NCBI GenBank assembly: GCA_016839765.1
Contig: JAEOTP010000012.1
Span: 128,251 to 192,250 of the forward strand
DNA from: Promethearchaeota archaeon
GTDB taxonomy: Archaea > Asgardarchaeota > Lokiarchaeia > Sigyniarchaeales > SOKP01
Reading direction: 5' to 3'
DNA length: 64,000 nt
Shown in pieces: positions 20,004-30,900 of this stretch. The notes beneath the pieces are model-generated. The model had not been told where the DNA came from, ran no database searches, and saw only the letters and a list, made by a program, of their open reading frames with translations. Each line of letters starts with the position of its first letter. Positions within the stretch are counted from its first letter, which is position 1. The position numbers were made by a program, and so were the translations under genes.

Positions 20004-23000
20004 CTATCTTGTACTTTGAATAAAACCTTTTTCTTTTCTTTGCCTCTCTTCCCATTTTTTACGTTCCGACCGAAGTCTAAAAAGATCTACATCTTTATAT
20101 ATCAGACCCTCTTCTTTTGCTGGAATGTTTCTTTCAATACGATCTTTTTCTGGCGTGTAGATGAGTGATTCACCAAATTCAGCTACATTAGCAAAAAAAC
20201 TATAGGCATAAATCGATCTACGTGCGTCAAAATGAGCCGCTTTAAAGTCAGCAGTAACAGGTGTAAATGCCGGATTTAATACAATGTCTACAGCAGGCTC
20301 AAAATTCTTTAATTCAACTCTTAAATCCATATCAAGGAAGTCTCGACATATCGCGATAGCAATTCTTCCGTATTCAGTATTACAGACCAAAATTTTACGA
20401 GGTATTGAGCTGGTTTCTATTGCTTCTTTGAACTTTTTATCTTTAAAGTGAATTATGGCAGGAATATGCTTTTCTTGTTTCCATAGAACTCTTTCAGGAG
20501 AGATAACCATACTTATATTTTGTTTTGTTTCTTGATCGTGATAAGAACCTGGAATGATATACATATTATATTTCTTGGCGAGATTTGATATCTCTTCTAA
20601 AAGTTCTATATAGTTTAAATCTATAGTCATTTCTGGAAAAATTAGAATATTAATTTTATGGCTACTAGCATTATCAACCATTTCTTTAACTTTACTTATC
20701 AAGGTTTTTATTTTTTCCTTTTTAAATCCCAATAGACCAGAGGATTTCTCTTCAAAAAAATCAGTTATAATATCGCCGGTTTTTGATAAGCCAATTTGAG
20801 CAATTCCTATTCTAAATTGACTTTTTTGGGTATTTAAGTCTTGTTTAAGAAAATCTGTATAAATAATTTTATACTTTTTCTTTTCAATTTTTTCTTCTAC
20901 ATATCTTCTTATTATATTTTCTGTGATTTGATGGACTTCACTCAATCTAGGAGATTGACTAATTTCTATAGGGCAAGCTGGAGCAATAATACCAGTTGTA
21001 CTTCCAGAGATCTCAGGCTTTTTAATTGAATTTAAAGCAGAAAATAAAATCTTTTCCTCCTTTTCAATCAATTCAATACGATTTAACACTTCATTTTGTT
21101 TATCTTCATAACCTGCTTTACCGAAAAGTTCTGCTGTCGATTTTAAAATTTGTTCTCCTAATTTTAGAAGTCTTTCTTTCTCTTTTAGGTCCATCTCTTC
21201 ATCTGCTTTAATTATATGCCATACACCATCAAAATAAGTAGAAGTAGCTATAGCCCAATCTGCACCATTTTTAAAACCTCCCTTCTCATAAGAATTTGCA
21301 GCTCCTCTTAACATTGCTTTAATGTTTGGGTACAATTTCCCTTTAGTTTCTGAGTCATAAGACTCATCAAATTTACATCCTAATTTTAAGGCATTACAGA
21401 AGGCAGAATTTCCTGATGCTAATAATTTCATTTTACTATCTTGAAAGAGTTGACTTGCCATCAAGAAAAGATCTGCGGCCTCTGCATATCTTTCAGGCTC
21501 CAAATAATTTTCAGCAAGTTCCATATTTTCCCAAGCTCTACAAAGATAATATATTGCTTCAAGATCTTTTTTTTCCTTTTCTATTTTATATCGTGTACAT
21601 ACATTCCTAAATTGAGAAGCAGCTTTTCCAAAATGTTCAGAAGCTTTAAAATGCTCACCCTGTTTTCCTAAAATCCTTCCTTCCTCCAGATTTATCTTTG
21701 CAGAGCAATAACTTATTCTTAATTTAGCCACTTTCTCAAGGTTCTCTATTCTCTCTTTAACTTCTCTTAATTTCGAAGATTTTGATTTTTCAGCTAGGAT
21801 ATCTACAATGTTTTCAAAGGCATTTTGACTTTCTTTATATTTATTAATTGTCTCCCTTTGCTTTTCTTGCTTGCTGAAATGTTCCGCTTCTTCCAATAAT
21901 GCCCATGCTTCATAGTAGTGGGATTCAAAATTGAACTTTGGAATATTATTTTGGATTTCACTTGCTTTTTGATAACTTTCTTTTGCCATTAGATGTTCTT
22001 CATTCCTATGGAATGACTTAGCCTTCTCTACTAAATTCCAGGCTGTTGTATATTCAACTTTTTCTATAATATTTTTTCTTAGAGGTTTTTGCTCTACAGT
22101 ATCAAGTAAATTCTGATAAATTTCTTGTGCTTTTTCATAATAATTTGCAGAGTCAGAATAATTTCCAATTCGGTCTTCTATATGCGCAAGATATTCATAA
22201 GCAGTGGCAGTATAATAAAAGAATTTCCTCTTCTTACTTTCCTGTTCAACCAATAGAAATGCATCTTTAGCTCGTTCAAATGTTTCAGATTGCTGAGTTA
22301 GAATGCCGAGTTCTTGGTATAATAATCCTAAGCGTATTTGCGCTGCGATTATTCCTGTCGGAGATTCAACTTCATTTCCAAGATAATTCTTGTGAGCTTC
22401 AATTGATAATTTAAGCAATTCTATTTTATTTACAACTTTTTTTGATAAATCTGCCTGAGTTTTATAAGATTTAAATAAAGAAGAGTATCCTGCTGCTATA
22501 GAAAATCCTCCTCTATAATTTTTAGCTAGATTTTCTGCCTCCATGGCATAACTCATCATTTTATCTATATATTTATTTTGCTCATCCTGTACATTTGTAA
22601 GATATGCTAATTTTGAATAACACCATGTTAATGATTGGTATGACCAAGTTAACATAGGTACGAAAGAAAAAACTTCTAAAGATTCTTTGGCGTATTGAAT
22701 AGCTAACTTAGCATACTTTTTTTGTTGGTCAGGTTTAATAAAACTTCGTTGAGAAAGATTAGTATAATAAAAAGCAGGGAAAATGGTTCTAAGGAAATAA
22801 GGCTCAATTAATAATCCTTTATACACTTCCCCCAATTCTAAAAGAGTATGCACGTCTTGCCATATTCTCTTTTGTACATAATTAAATCTTCTTAAAGAAG
22901 TTGCTAAATAATTTAAATAAAATATAGCGATTATCATGTATCTTTTATCTTTGGTTTTTTTCAAATCTTCTAATCCAAGCCCCACCAATGCAATACCCTT

Positions 23001-23834
23001 ATCTCCATATTCTTTTTGTTTGATTGCGTCTTTTATAAACTGAATAGCAACTCCCGTATAAAATACTCCTGTATATATATTGACCTTAGCTATTATATGT
23101 GGATCTTTACATTCTTGAATAAGCTTTAAGCTAATATCTCCTATTGATTTAACTTTTTCAAAAAGCTTCTTACCATCATAGCCCAATTTAAAAGGCATTA
23201 TGAAGCTATATAAAAAGATTAGTGACCCGAAACCATACAAAGATTCAGCAATGATATCATAAAATTTTTCTTCATTCGCAATACTCCAAGCTTCTTCACC
23301 TATTTGTAAACCTTTTTTAATATAATTTTCGATTTCCTCTTGCTCAACACTACAAGTTGCTAGGTAATAAAGAGACTGTGAAGCACTACCTAAACTCCTT
23401 GCTGTACTTTTTTGATCATCATCATTTCTATAAATCTCACTTGATTTTACAAATAACTCGTAAGATTTTTTAAAGTTTACTTTTCCCTCCATTACAGAAT
23501 TACCAAGTACTCCTTTGATGCTCAATATTACCGCTTCACATTCTAAACCCTCTGGAATCTTTTTAATCTGATTAAATAAATTTAAGGCATTTTCATACGC
23601 TTTAATTGCTAGGTTGCTTATACCATTAAATTCATCTGATGTATCAGTAGTATGAGATGCCTTTGCATAAGCATAACCTACCTTCATGTAATATTTAGCA
23701 GCTTTTTCCAATAAATTTTTATCTAGAAATGCCTTTGCTACTTGATCATATAAGGATGCCGCATTCTGCCAATTATAATTCTTTTCCTCTGCTTTTGCTT
23801 CATTTATTAATTTATTTTGAATGATTCTTATCAT
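20004..23834 (-). CDS. TPR/alpha-solenoid protein with C-terminal carbon-nitrogen hydrolase domain (copy 1)
   Basis: About 950 aa of A/Y/K/E-rich helical repeats, then RIGIAQI, IFPEMT (E), QEKHIPA (K), ICRDF (C), NPAFT, ANVA. Confidence 0.8.
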   Translation of the reverse strand: MIRIIQNKLINEAKAEEKNYNWQNAASLYDQVAKAFLDKNLLEKAAKYYMKVGYAYAKASHTTDTSDEFNGISNLAIKAYENALNLFNQIKKIPEGLECEAVILSIKGVLGNSVMEGKVNFKKSYELFVKSSEIYRNDDDQKSTARSLGSASQSLYYLATCSVEQEEIENYIKKGLQIGEEAWSIANEEKFYDIIAESLYGFGSLIFLYSFIMPFKLGYDGKKLFEKVKSIGDISLKLIQECKDPHIIAKVNIYTGVFYTGVAIQFIKDAIKQKEYGDKGIALVGLGLEDLKKTKDKRYMIIAIFYLNYLATSLRRFNYVQKRIWQDVHTLLELGEVYKGLLIEPYFLRTIFPAFYYTNLSQRSFIKPDQQKKYAKLAIQYAKESLEVFSFVPMLTWSYQSLTWCYSKLAYLTNVQDEQNKYIDKMMSYAMEAENLAKNYRGGFSIAAGYSSLFKSYKTQADLSKKVVNKIELLKLSIEAHKNYLGNEVESPTGIIAAQIRLGLLYQELGILTQQSETFERAKDAFLLVEQESKKRKFFYYTATAYEYLAHIEDRIGNYSDSANYYEKAQEIYQNLLDTVEQKPLRKNIIEKVEYTTAWNLVEKAKSFHRNEEHLMAKESYQKASEIQNNIPKFNFESHYYEAWALLEEAEHFSKQEKQRETINKYKESQNAFENIVDILAEKSKSSKLREVKERIENLEKVAKLRISYCSAKINLEEGRILGKQGEHFKASEHFGKAASQFRNVCTRYKIEKEKKDLEAIYYLCRAWENMELAENYLEPERYAEAADLFLMASQLFQDSKMKLLASGNSAFCNALKLGCKFDESYDSETKGKLYPNIKAMLRGAANSYEKGGFKNGADWAIATSTYFDGVWHIIKADEEMDLKEKERLLKLGEQILKSTAELFGKAGYEDKQNEVLNRIELIEKEEKILFSALNSIKKPEISGSTTGIIAPACPIEISQSPRLSEVHQITENIIRRYVEEKIEKKKYKIIYTDFLKQDLNTQKSQFRIGIAQIGLSKTGDIITDFFEEKSSGLLGFKKEKIKTLISKVKEMVDNASSHKINILIFPEMTIDLNYIELLEEISNLAKKYNMYIIPGSYHDQETKQNISMVISPERVLWKQEKHIPAIIHFKDKKFKEAIETSSIPRKILVCNTEYGRIAIAICRDFLDMDLRVELKNFEPAVDIVLNPAFTPVTADFKAAHFDARRSIYAYSFFANVAEFGESLIYTPEKDRIERNIPAKEEGLIYKDVDLFRLRSERKKWEERQRKEKGFIQSTR

Positions 23835-23884
23835 CCCTAATTGTTCATTAATACTAAATTCGAGATATTGGTTTTCTGATTATA

Positions 23885-23935
23885 AATTTCTTAGCTTTAA
23901 GAATAATTAATAATAGATGTTTCAATTTAAAACAT
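23885..23935. repeat. Duplicated intergenic element (copy A) with an ATGTT-N9-AACAT inverted repeat
   Basis: 23885-23921 is identical over 37 bp to 27847-27883. Palindrome arms at 23917-23921 and 23931-23935. Confidence 0.8.
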
Positions 23936-23974
23936 TTTACATAAATTATTCCAGAAATTAGAATAGGGAAAAAG

Positions 23975-26900
23975 TTACGATCTTGTACTTTGGATAAATT
24001 GTCTTTCTTTTTTCTGCTCTTTTTCCCATTTTTTACGTTCCGATCGAAGTCTAAAGAGATCTACATCTTTAAAAATTAAGCCTTCTTTACCTGGAGGGAC
24101 ATTTCTTTCAACTCGTTCCTTTTCTGGTGTATATATAAGAGAATTCCCATAATCGGCGATATTAGCAAAGAAAGTATAAGCATAAATTGATCTACGAGCA
24201 TCAAAATGAACTGCTTTGAAATCAGCTGTAACGGGCGTAAAAGCTGGGTTTAAAACAATATCCACTGGGGGCTCGAAATTTTTTAACTCAACCCTTAGAT
24301 CCATATCAAGAAAATCTCGGCATGTTGCAATAGCTATTCTTCCATATTCTGTATTACACACTATTGTTTTATGCGGTAAAGTAGTTGTATCTATTCCTTC
24401 TTTAAATCTACTTCTCTCTAGGCTAATTATTGCAGGTATATGTTTTTTTTGTTGCCAGAGAATTCCTTCAGGACCTATAACTAAACTAACATTACTTTTT
24501 ACTTCAATGTTGTGATAAGATCCAGGGATAATATACATTTCATATATCTTAGCAAGATTTGATATATCCTCCAGAAATTGCTTATATTTGAGATCTACTG
24601 TCATTTCTGGAAAAAGTAAAATATCTACGCTTTCTTGATGAGCCTTTTCAATCATTTCCTTAACTTTTGATTCAACATCATTAACTTTCTCTTCTTTAAG
24701 TGTGAGAAGCCCCTTAGGTTTTTCTTCGTAAAACTCATTCATGATATCACCGGAATTAGAAATACCGATTTGAGCAATACCAACTCTACACTGGTTCCTT
24801 GGGGATTTGGGATGATCTTTTAACAAATCCTTATATTCTATTTTATATTTTTTTATTTTACTGTCGATTTCTAAGAATTTACTCACTTCTTCAGAGTATT
24901 GTTGAATTTCACCTATCCGTGGTGATTGGCTTGTTTCTATTGGACATGATGGTGTAATTATCCCTTCAATACTTCTTGAAACAGAGGGCTTATTAATTGT
25001 GTTTAAGGCGGAAACAAGTATTTTTTCCTCTTTAATTACTCTATCTAATCTTTCTAAAACTTCTCTCTCTTTGTCTTTATAACCGGCTTTATGAAAGAGT
25101 TCTGCTGCTGACTTCAAATAATTTGATCCAAAATTTAAAAATTCTTGTTTTTTATTTACATCTAATTCATCATCGGCTTGAATTAAGTACCATGCTGCAT
25201 CGAAATAAATTGATGTTGCAAGTGCCCAGTCTGCACCATTTTTAAAACCACCCTTTTCATATAAATCTGCTGCTTTTCTAAGAATTGATTTAACGTTTGG
25301 ATACAATGTTGTTTTAATTTCTATATCATGGGATTGATCAAATTTACATCCCTCTTCTAGAGCTAAACAAAAATTTGAATTAGCCTGAGCTAGGAATTTC
25401 AATTTACTTTGTGTAAAGAAATCACTAGCTTCTATGAATAATTTTGCTGCTTCTGCGAATTTTTCTGGATCCTCATAGTTTTCAGCTAATTCCATGCTTT
25501 CCCAAGCTCTACAGAGATAATATATTGCTTCTAATTCTGCTCGCTCTCTTTTAATTTTATATAATACACAAATATCTCTGAATTGAGATGCTGCATTGTT
25601 AAATTTTTCAGCAGCTGCAAGGTGATCTCCCTTTTTTCCTAAAATTCTTGCCTCATCAAGATTTATTCTGGCAGAACAATGATTCATCCTTATTTTAGCT
25701 ACTTTCTCAAGTTTTTTTAATTCTTTTAACCTTCTAACATTTTTCCTTATAAATCTAATACTAAAGACAGCATTCTCAAAATGTTCTCTAGTTTTCTCAT
25801 AGCTCCTTATAGCTTGATCATGTTTTTCCTGCTTACTAAGATCTTCAGCTTCTTCTAAAGCTATCCAGGCTCCATAATAAACTGCTTCATAATTAAAACT
25901 AGGTAATGTTTTTAAGATCTCAGATGCTTCTCCATAACATTCTTTAGCATATAAATGCTGTTCCCTTTTATGATACGCCTTAGCTTTTTCAATCAAATTC
26001 CAAGCCTTAGCATAATTTATCTTCTCATTAACCCTGTCTTTTAATGGTTTATATTCAATTGCTAGTAATGATTTATCATGAGCATCACGCGCTTTTTCAT
26101 AGTATTCTGCAGAAATCATGTGATTTCCTAGACGATCTTCTAAACGGGCAATAAACTCATAACAAGCCGCAGAGTAATATGCATAACCTTTTTCCAAACT
26201 ATCTTCAATTACACGGAGGAATAGCTCTCTTGCTTCCATTAAGGGTTTTTCTTCAGTTGTTAGAATTCCTAAATCCTCATAAAGCTGCCCTAAACGTATT
26301 TGAGAGGCTAAGTATAGTCTATAAGATTCTATTGAATATTTAATATTTTTCTTTGCAGCCTCTATTGCAGTTAATAGATTTAGTTTTTTTTCTTTTTTAT
26401 CTTTAGTAATATCAGCTATAGTTTTATATGCTCTATAAATGGAAGTTAAGCCGGCCGATCTAACATTTCCTCCTTTATAGTCTTTAGCGATATTTTCTGC
26501 TACTTTTGCGTAATCTAACATCTTTTGAATATATTCCTCTCGAGGATCACCTTCTATGGCAAGATTGACTAACTGAGAGTATAAAAGAGTTAAAATTTGA
26601 TAGGCAAAGATTATATAAGGTCCAAACGCGAGTCTCTTTAAAGTTTCATTAGCGTATTGAATCCCTATTTTTGCATATGATTTCCTTGTATCCGCCCTTA
26701 AAAAACTTCTACTTGTAAAAGTGTTATAATAACTTATAGGTATAAAATCCATTAAACAATAAAGCCCAGTATAGAGATTATCGAAAATTTTATCTAATTT
26801 TAGAACGTCATGCACATCCTTTAAAATTCTTTTCTGTAAATATTCATATCTGCCAAAAACAGCAGCTTGATAATCTAAACCATATCGGCTGGTTATAGCT

Positions 26901-27796
26901 CCAAGAACATTTCTAGATTTTCTAAAGAATGTGATACCTTTTTCTAATGACTCAAAACCTTTTTCAGCAAGCTTTACTCGCTCCTTCTTTTCTTCAACAA
27001 GTAATCCTCCGAGTATACAATTTTGAAAACCAAATGTACCATAAATACCTCCAAGAATATTATAATCATCACAATTCTCAGCTAACTGTAATGTTTCTTC
27101 ACATCTTTTTAAAAATCTTTTTAGGATCTCTTCATGTTTTTTATCTCCATAAGTAAGTTCCGCCCACCGATTATAATTAATTACCATATTTTCACCCCAC
27201 AATAACCTTTCTCTAATTTTGATTGTATCATTTTCTTTTAAAAGAATCCAAGACTTTTCTATTAAATTACGAGCCATCTGGCTATAAAAGGCTAATTCAG
27301 AAGGATCTTTACATAGTACCATAGAAGAAATTATGGATTCTATTGTCAGGATTGATAATTTTGCACAGTTTTTCTTATCATTTGCTTTTGAATATTTTTC
27401 TTTAAGTTCTAAAAAAATATTAATTGATTTTTCTAAATTTTTTCTCGCTTCTTCGACTGAAGTAATCACATAACTCATAGCATTAAGAGCTTTAGCTTTA
27501 CATTCCATATTTAATAGTTTATTATTGATTTGTTCAAAAAGACGCTCTGCTCTACGAAAAGCCTTAACAGAATGCTTATTCCAATTCAAATAATCTTCTT
27601 TAGTTTCTGATGCCAAAACGGCCCGATGGCAAATGTCTCCAAGCTTATTGTAAATATTGGCGGCATTTTTTAACCTATTTTGATCTAACATTGCTTTAGC
27701 AGCTTGTTCATATAACCCTGCTGCTTTCTCCCAATTATAATTCTTTTCTTCTGTTTCTGCTTTACTTAGTAATTCACCTTGAATGATTCCTACCAT
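23975..27796 (-). CDS. TPR/alpha-solenoid protein with C-terminal carbon-nitrogen hydrolase domain (copy 2)
   Basis: Collinear paralog with LFPEMT, QKKHIPA, TCRDF. The ATG at 27796 (MVGIIQ) aligns with MIRIIQ of copy 1. Confidence 0.8.
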   Translation of the reverse strand: MVGIIQGELLSKAETEEKNYNWEKAAGLYEQAAKAMLDQNRLKNAANIYNKLGDICHRAVLASETKEDYLNWNKHSVKAFRRAERLFEQINNKLLNMECKAKALNAMSYVITSVEEARKNLEKSINIFLELKEKYSKANDKKNCAKLSILTIESIISSMVLCKDPSELAFYSQMARNLIEKSWILLKENDTIKIRERLLWGENMVINYNRWAELTYGDKKHEEILKRFLKRCEETLQLAENCDDYNILGGIYGTFGFQNCILGGLLVEEKKERVKLAEKGFESLEKGITFFRKSRNVLGAITSRYGLDYQAAVFGRYEYLQKRILKDVHDVLKLDKIFDNLYTGLYCLMDFIPISYYNTFTSRSFLRADTRKSYAKIGIQYANETLKRLAFGPYIIFAYQILTLLYSQLVNLAIEGDPREEYIQKMLDYAKVAENIAKDYKGGNVRSAGLTSIYRAYKTIADITKDKKEKKLNLLTAIEAAKKNIKYSIESYRLYLASQIRLGQLYEDLGILTTEEKPLMEARELFLRVIEDSLEKGYAYYSAACYEFIARLEDRLGNHMISAEYYEKARDAHDKSLLAIEYKPLKDRVNEKINYAKAWNLIEKAKAYHKREQHLYAKECYGEASEILKTLPSFNYEAVYYGAWIALEEAEDLSKQEKHDQAIRSYEKTREHFENAVFSIRFIRKNVRRLKELKKLEKVAKIRMNHCSARINLDEARILGKKGDHLAAAEKFNNAASQFRDICVLYKIKRERAELEAIYYLCRAWESMELAENYEDPEKFAEAAKLFIEASDFFTQSKLKFLAQANSNFCLALEEGCKFDQSHDIEIKTTLYPNVKSILRKAADLYEKGGFKNGADWALATSIYFDAAWYLIQADDELDVNKKQEFLNFGSNYLKSAAELFHKAGYKDKEREVLERLDRVIKEEKILVSALNTINKPSVSRSIEGIITPSCPIETSQSPRIGEIQQYSEEVSKFLEIDSKIKKYKIEYKDLLKDHPKSPRNQCRVGIAQIGISNSGDIMNEFYEEKPKGLLTLKEEKVNDVESKVKEMIEKAHQESVDILLFPEMTVDLKYKQFLEDISNLAKIYEMYIIPGSYHNIEVKSNVSLVIGPEGILWQQKKHIPAIISLERSRFKEGIDTTTLPHKTIVCNTEYGRIAIATCRDFLDMDLRVELKNFEPPVDIVLNPAFTPVTADFKAVHFDARRSIYAYTFFANIADYGNSLIYTPEKERVERNVPPGKEGLIFKDVDLFRLRSERKKWEKEQKKERQFIQSTRS

Positions 27797-27846
27797 CCTC
27801 AACTATTTATTAATATTAAATTAGCTATATTGGTTTCTTGGTTTTC

Positions 27847-27897
27847 AATTTCTTAGCTTTAAGAATAATTAATAATAGATGTTCCAGTTTAAAACAT
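27847..27897. repeat. Duplicated intergenic element (copy B) with an ATGTT-N9-AACAT inverted repeat
   Basis: 37-bp identity with 23885-23921. Palindrome arms at 27879-27883 and 27893-27897. Confidence 0.8.
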
Positions 27898-27936
27898 TTT
27901 ACATGAAATAATCATAAAATTAGATTTGGAAAAAAG

Positions 27937-30900
27937 TTATGATCTTGTACTTTGAATAAAATGAACTTCCTTATTTTGTTGTTTTTCCCATTTTTTACGT
28001 TCTGAACGCAATTTAAATAAATTAACATCTTTATATATCAAACCTTCTTCTTTTGTGGGTATTATTCTCTCAGTACGATCTTTTTCAGGAGTGTAGATGA
28101 GGGATTCACCAAATTCAGCAACATTAGCAAAAAAACAATAGGCATAAATCGATCTACGTGCGTCAAAATGAGCCGCTTTAAAATCAGCTGTGACTGGAGT
28201 AAAGGCTGGGTTAATGATTATGTCTACTGCTGGTTCGAAATTTTTTAATTCGACTCGTAAATCCATATCAAGGAAATCCCGGCAAATGATAACTGCAATT
28301 CTTCCATATTCTGTGTTACAAACAATTACATTTCGGGGAAGATCTCCAACCTCTATACCCTCTCTAAATTCTGTTCCTTTAAGTCTAATTGTGGCTGGAA
28401 TATGTTTCTCTTGTTTCCAGAGGATGCCCTCTGGTCCAAATACCATAGCTATATTTCTCTTTGTCTCTTGATCGTGAAATGAGCCGGGAATTATGTACAT
28501 TTCATATAATTTAGCAAAATCTGAAATAACTTCTAAAATATCGCCGTAATTGAGATCAACTGTCATTTCTGGGAAGATTAATAAGTTGATGCCCTCTTTC
28601 TGTGCATTTTCGATCATGTTTTTAACTTTAGATCTTAAATATTCAACTTTAACTTCTCGAAGGCTCAAAAGGCCCGAATTCCTCATCTCATAGAATTCAC
28701 TTAAAAGATCTCCAGTTTCAGATATACCAATTTGAGCAATACCAACCCTGCATTCTCTTTTCTGAACTCTAGGATACTCTTTCAATAAATCTCTATATGT
28801 AATTCGATATTTCTTTTTAGTTATTTTTTCTCCTATAACTCTCCTCTCTTCTTCAGTGAACTGATACACTTCACCCAATCGAGGTGATTGACTAGTTTCT
28901 AAAGAACAAGCAGGAGCAATTATGCCCGTTGTACTACTAGAAATCGCAGGTTTTTTAATAGTATTTAGAGCCGAAACTAATATCTTTTCTTCTTGTTCCA
29001 ATCTTTCCAAACGACCCAATACCTCATTTTCCTTGTCTTTATAACCAGCTTTACTAAAAAGTTCTGCTGCAGATTTTAGATAATTAGCCCCAATATCTAA
29101 AAGATTTTTTTTATTGCTAATTTCTAACTCTTCATCCGCTCTTATTAAGTGCCATACTGCATCGAAATATGTCGATGTAGCTAACGCCCAATCACCGCCA
29201 TTTTTAAAACCTCCTTTCTCATAAGAGGAAGCTGCTGTTCTTAACATTGATTTGATTTTGGGATACAATTGAGCCTTTATTTCCGCTTCATAAGTTTCAT
29301 CAAATTCACATCCAAGTTTTAAAGCTTGACAGAAAGAAGAATTACCTGATGCTAGTAATTTCAACTTACTATCTGTGAAAAGATTACTTGCTTTTATAAA
29401 TAAATCAGCAGATTCTGAAAATCTATCATGATCCTCATATTTTTCGGCAAGCTCCATGCTTTCCCAAGCTCTACATAGATAATATACCGCCTCTAATTCA
29501 ATTCGTTCTTTTTCAGTTTTAAAGAGATTGCAAACATATCTAAACTGTGAAGCTGCTGAAGCAAATAGTTCTGCAGCGGTTACATGTTCACCTTGTTTTC
29601 CTATAATTCTTGCCTTTTCAACGTTTATTCTAGCAGAACAATATGATGTCCTTAATCTGGCTACTTTCATGAGTTTATCAATTCTATCGATTTCCATTTT
29701 GTCTTTAGATTTATCTAAGTATTGTTCTAATGATTTTATAGCTTTTTCAAATGTTTCTATGGTGTTATTATATTGCTCTATAGCTTCTTCGTGTTTTTCT
29801 TGTTTACTGAGTTGTTCTGCAATTTCTTGGGATGCCCATGCAGAGTAATAATTTGCTTCATAATTGAAACTTGGTAGATTTTTTAGAATTTCACATGCAC
29901 TAATATAGCTCTCCTTAGCTTTTTGATGGTTTTCACTTTTATGATTAACTTTCGCAATTTCAATTAAGGACCAAGCCTTAACATAATTCAATTTCTCATT
30001 AATTCTCTTTATTAATGGTTTATACTCAACATTTTTTAATGATTCTGCATGTGCTTTCTGTGCCATCTCATAATAATTTGCAGAAGCTGTATGATTACCC
30101 AAGCGATCCTCTATACGTGCTAAGTATTCAAATGTAGCTGCTGTATATGATTGGTAGCCTCTTTTTTCGCTTTCTTTAGCTACTTGGAGGAATAAATCTT
30201 TTGTCTTTATAAGTATATCATTCTGTTTAGTTAAAATGCCAAAATCTTCATAAAGAAGTCCTAAGCGTATTTGAGCAGTAATGATACCTGTTCGAGATTC
30301 ATTTGAATGCTCCACATATTTCTCGGAAGCATCTATAGCAGCTGCTAAAAATTCAATTTTGTTTTCTTCATCCTGAGTAATATCAGCGAGAGTTTTATAA
30401 GCTCTATAGAGAGAATTATAGCCATAAGCTCGAACATATCCTCCTTCATATTTCTCTGCAACTTTCTCGGCTTGTTTGGCGTATTCAAGCATCTTTTGTG
30501 CATATTCCTTTTGCTTATCTTTTGAACCAGCTAGAATGGATAATTGTGAATACGAATATGTTAATGCTACATATGAATCTGATAAAAAAGGTAAAATTAA
30601 TATTGTCAAATTCTTCTTTGCATATTCAATTGCTTTTTCTGCATATGATTTCCTCTTATCTGAGGTAAAATAACTCCTCTGAGCATTGTTAGCATAGTAA
30701 GCCCCCAATAATGTATATGCTCGGGAACGCCATAGAGTATATGTATCTTTTATTATTTCTTTTATCTCGATAAACTTTTCAAGATCGATAGAAATTCTCC
30801 TCTGCGCATATTTTACTCTACCTCCAAGCATAGCCCACATAATGAGCCAATAAATTGATTCATTTATTAAGGATATATTCTTTAATTTTCTGGCAAGAGT

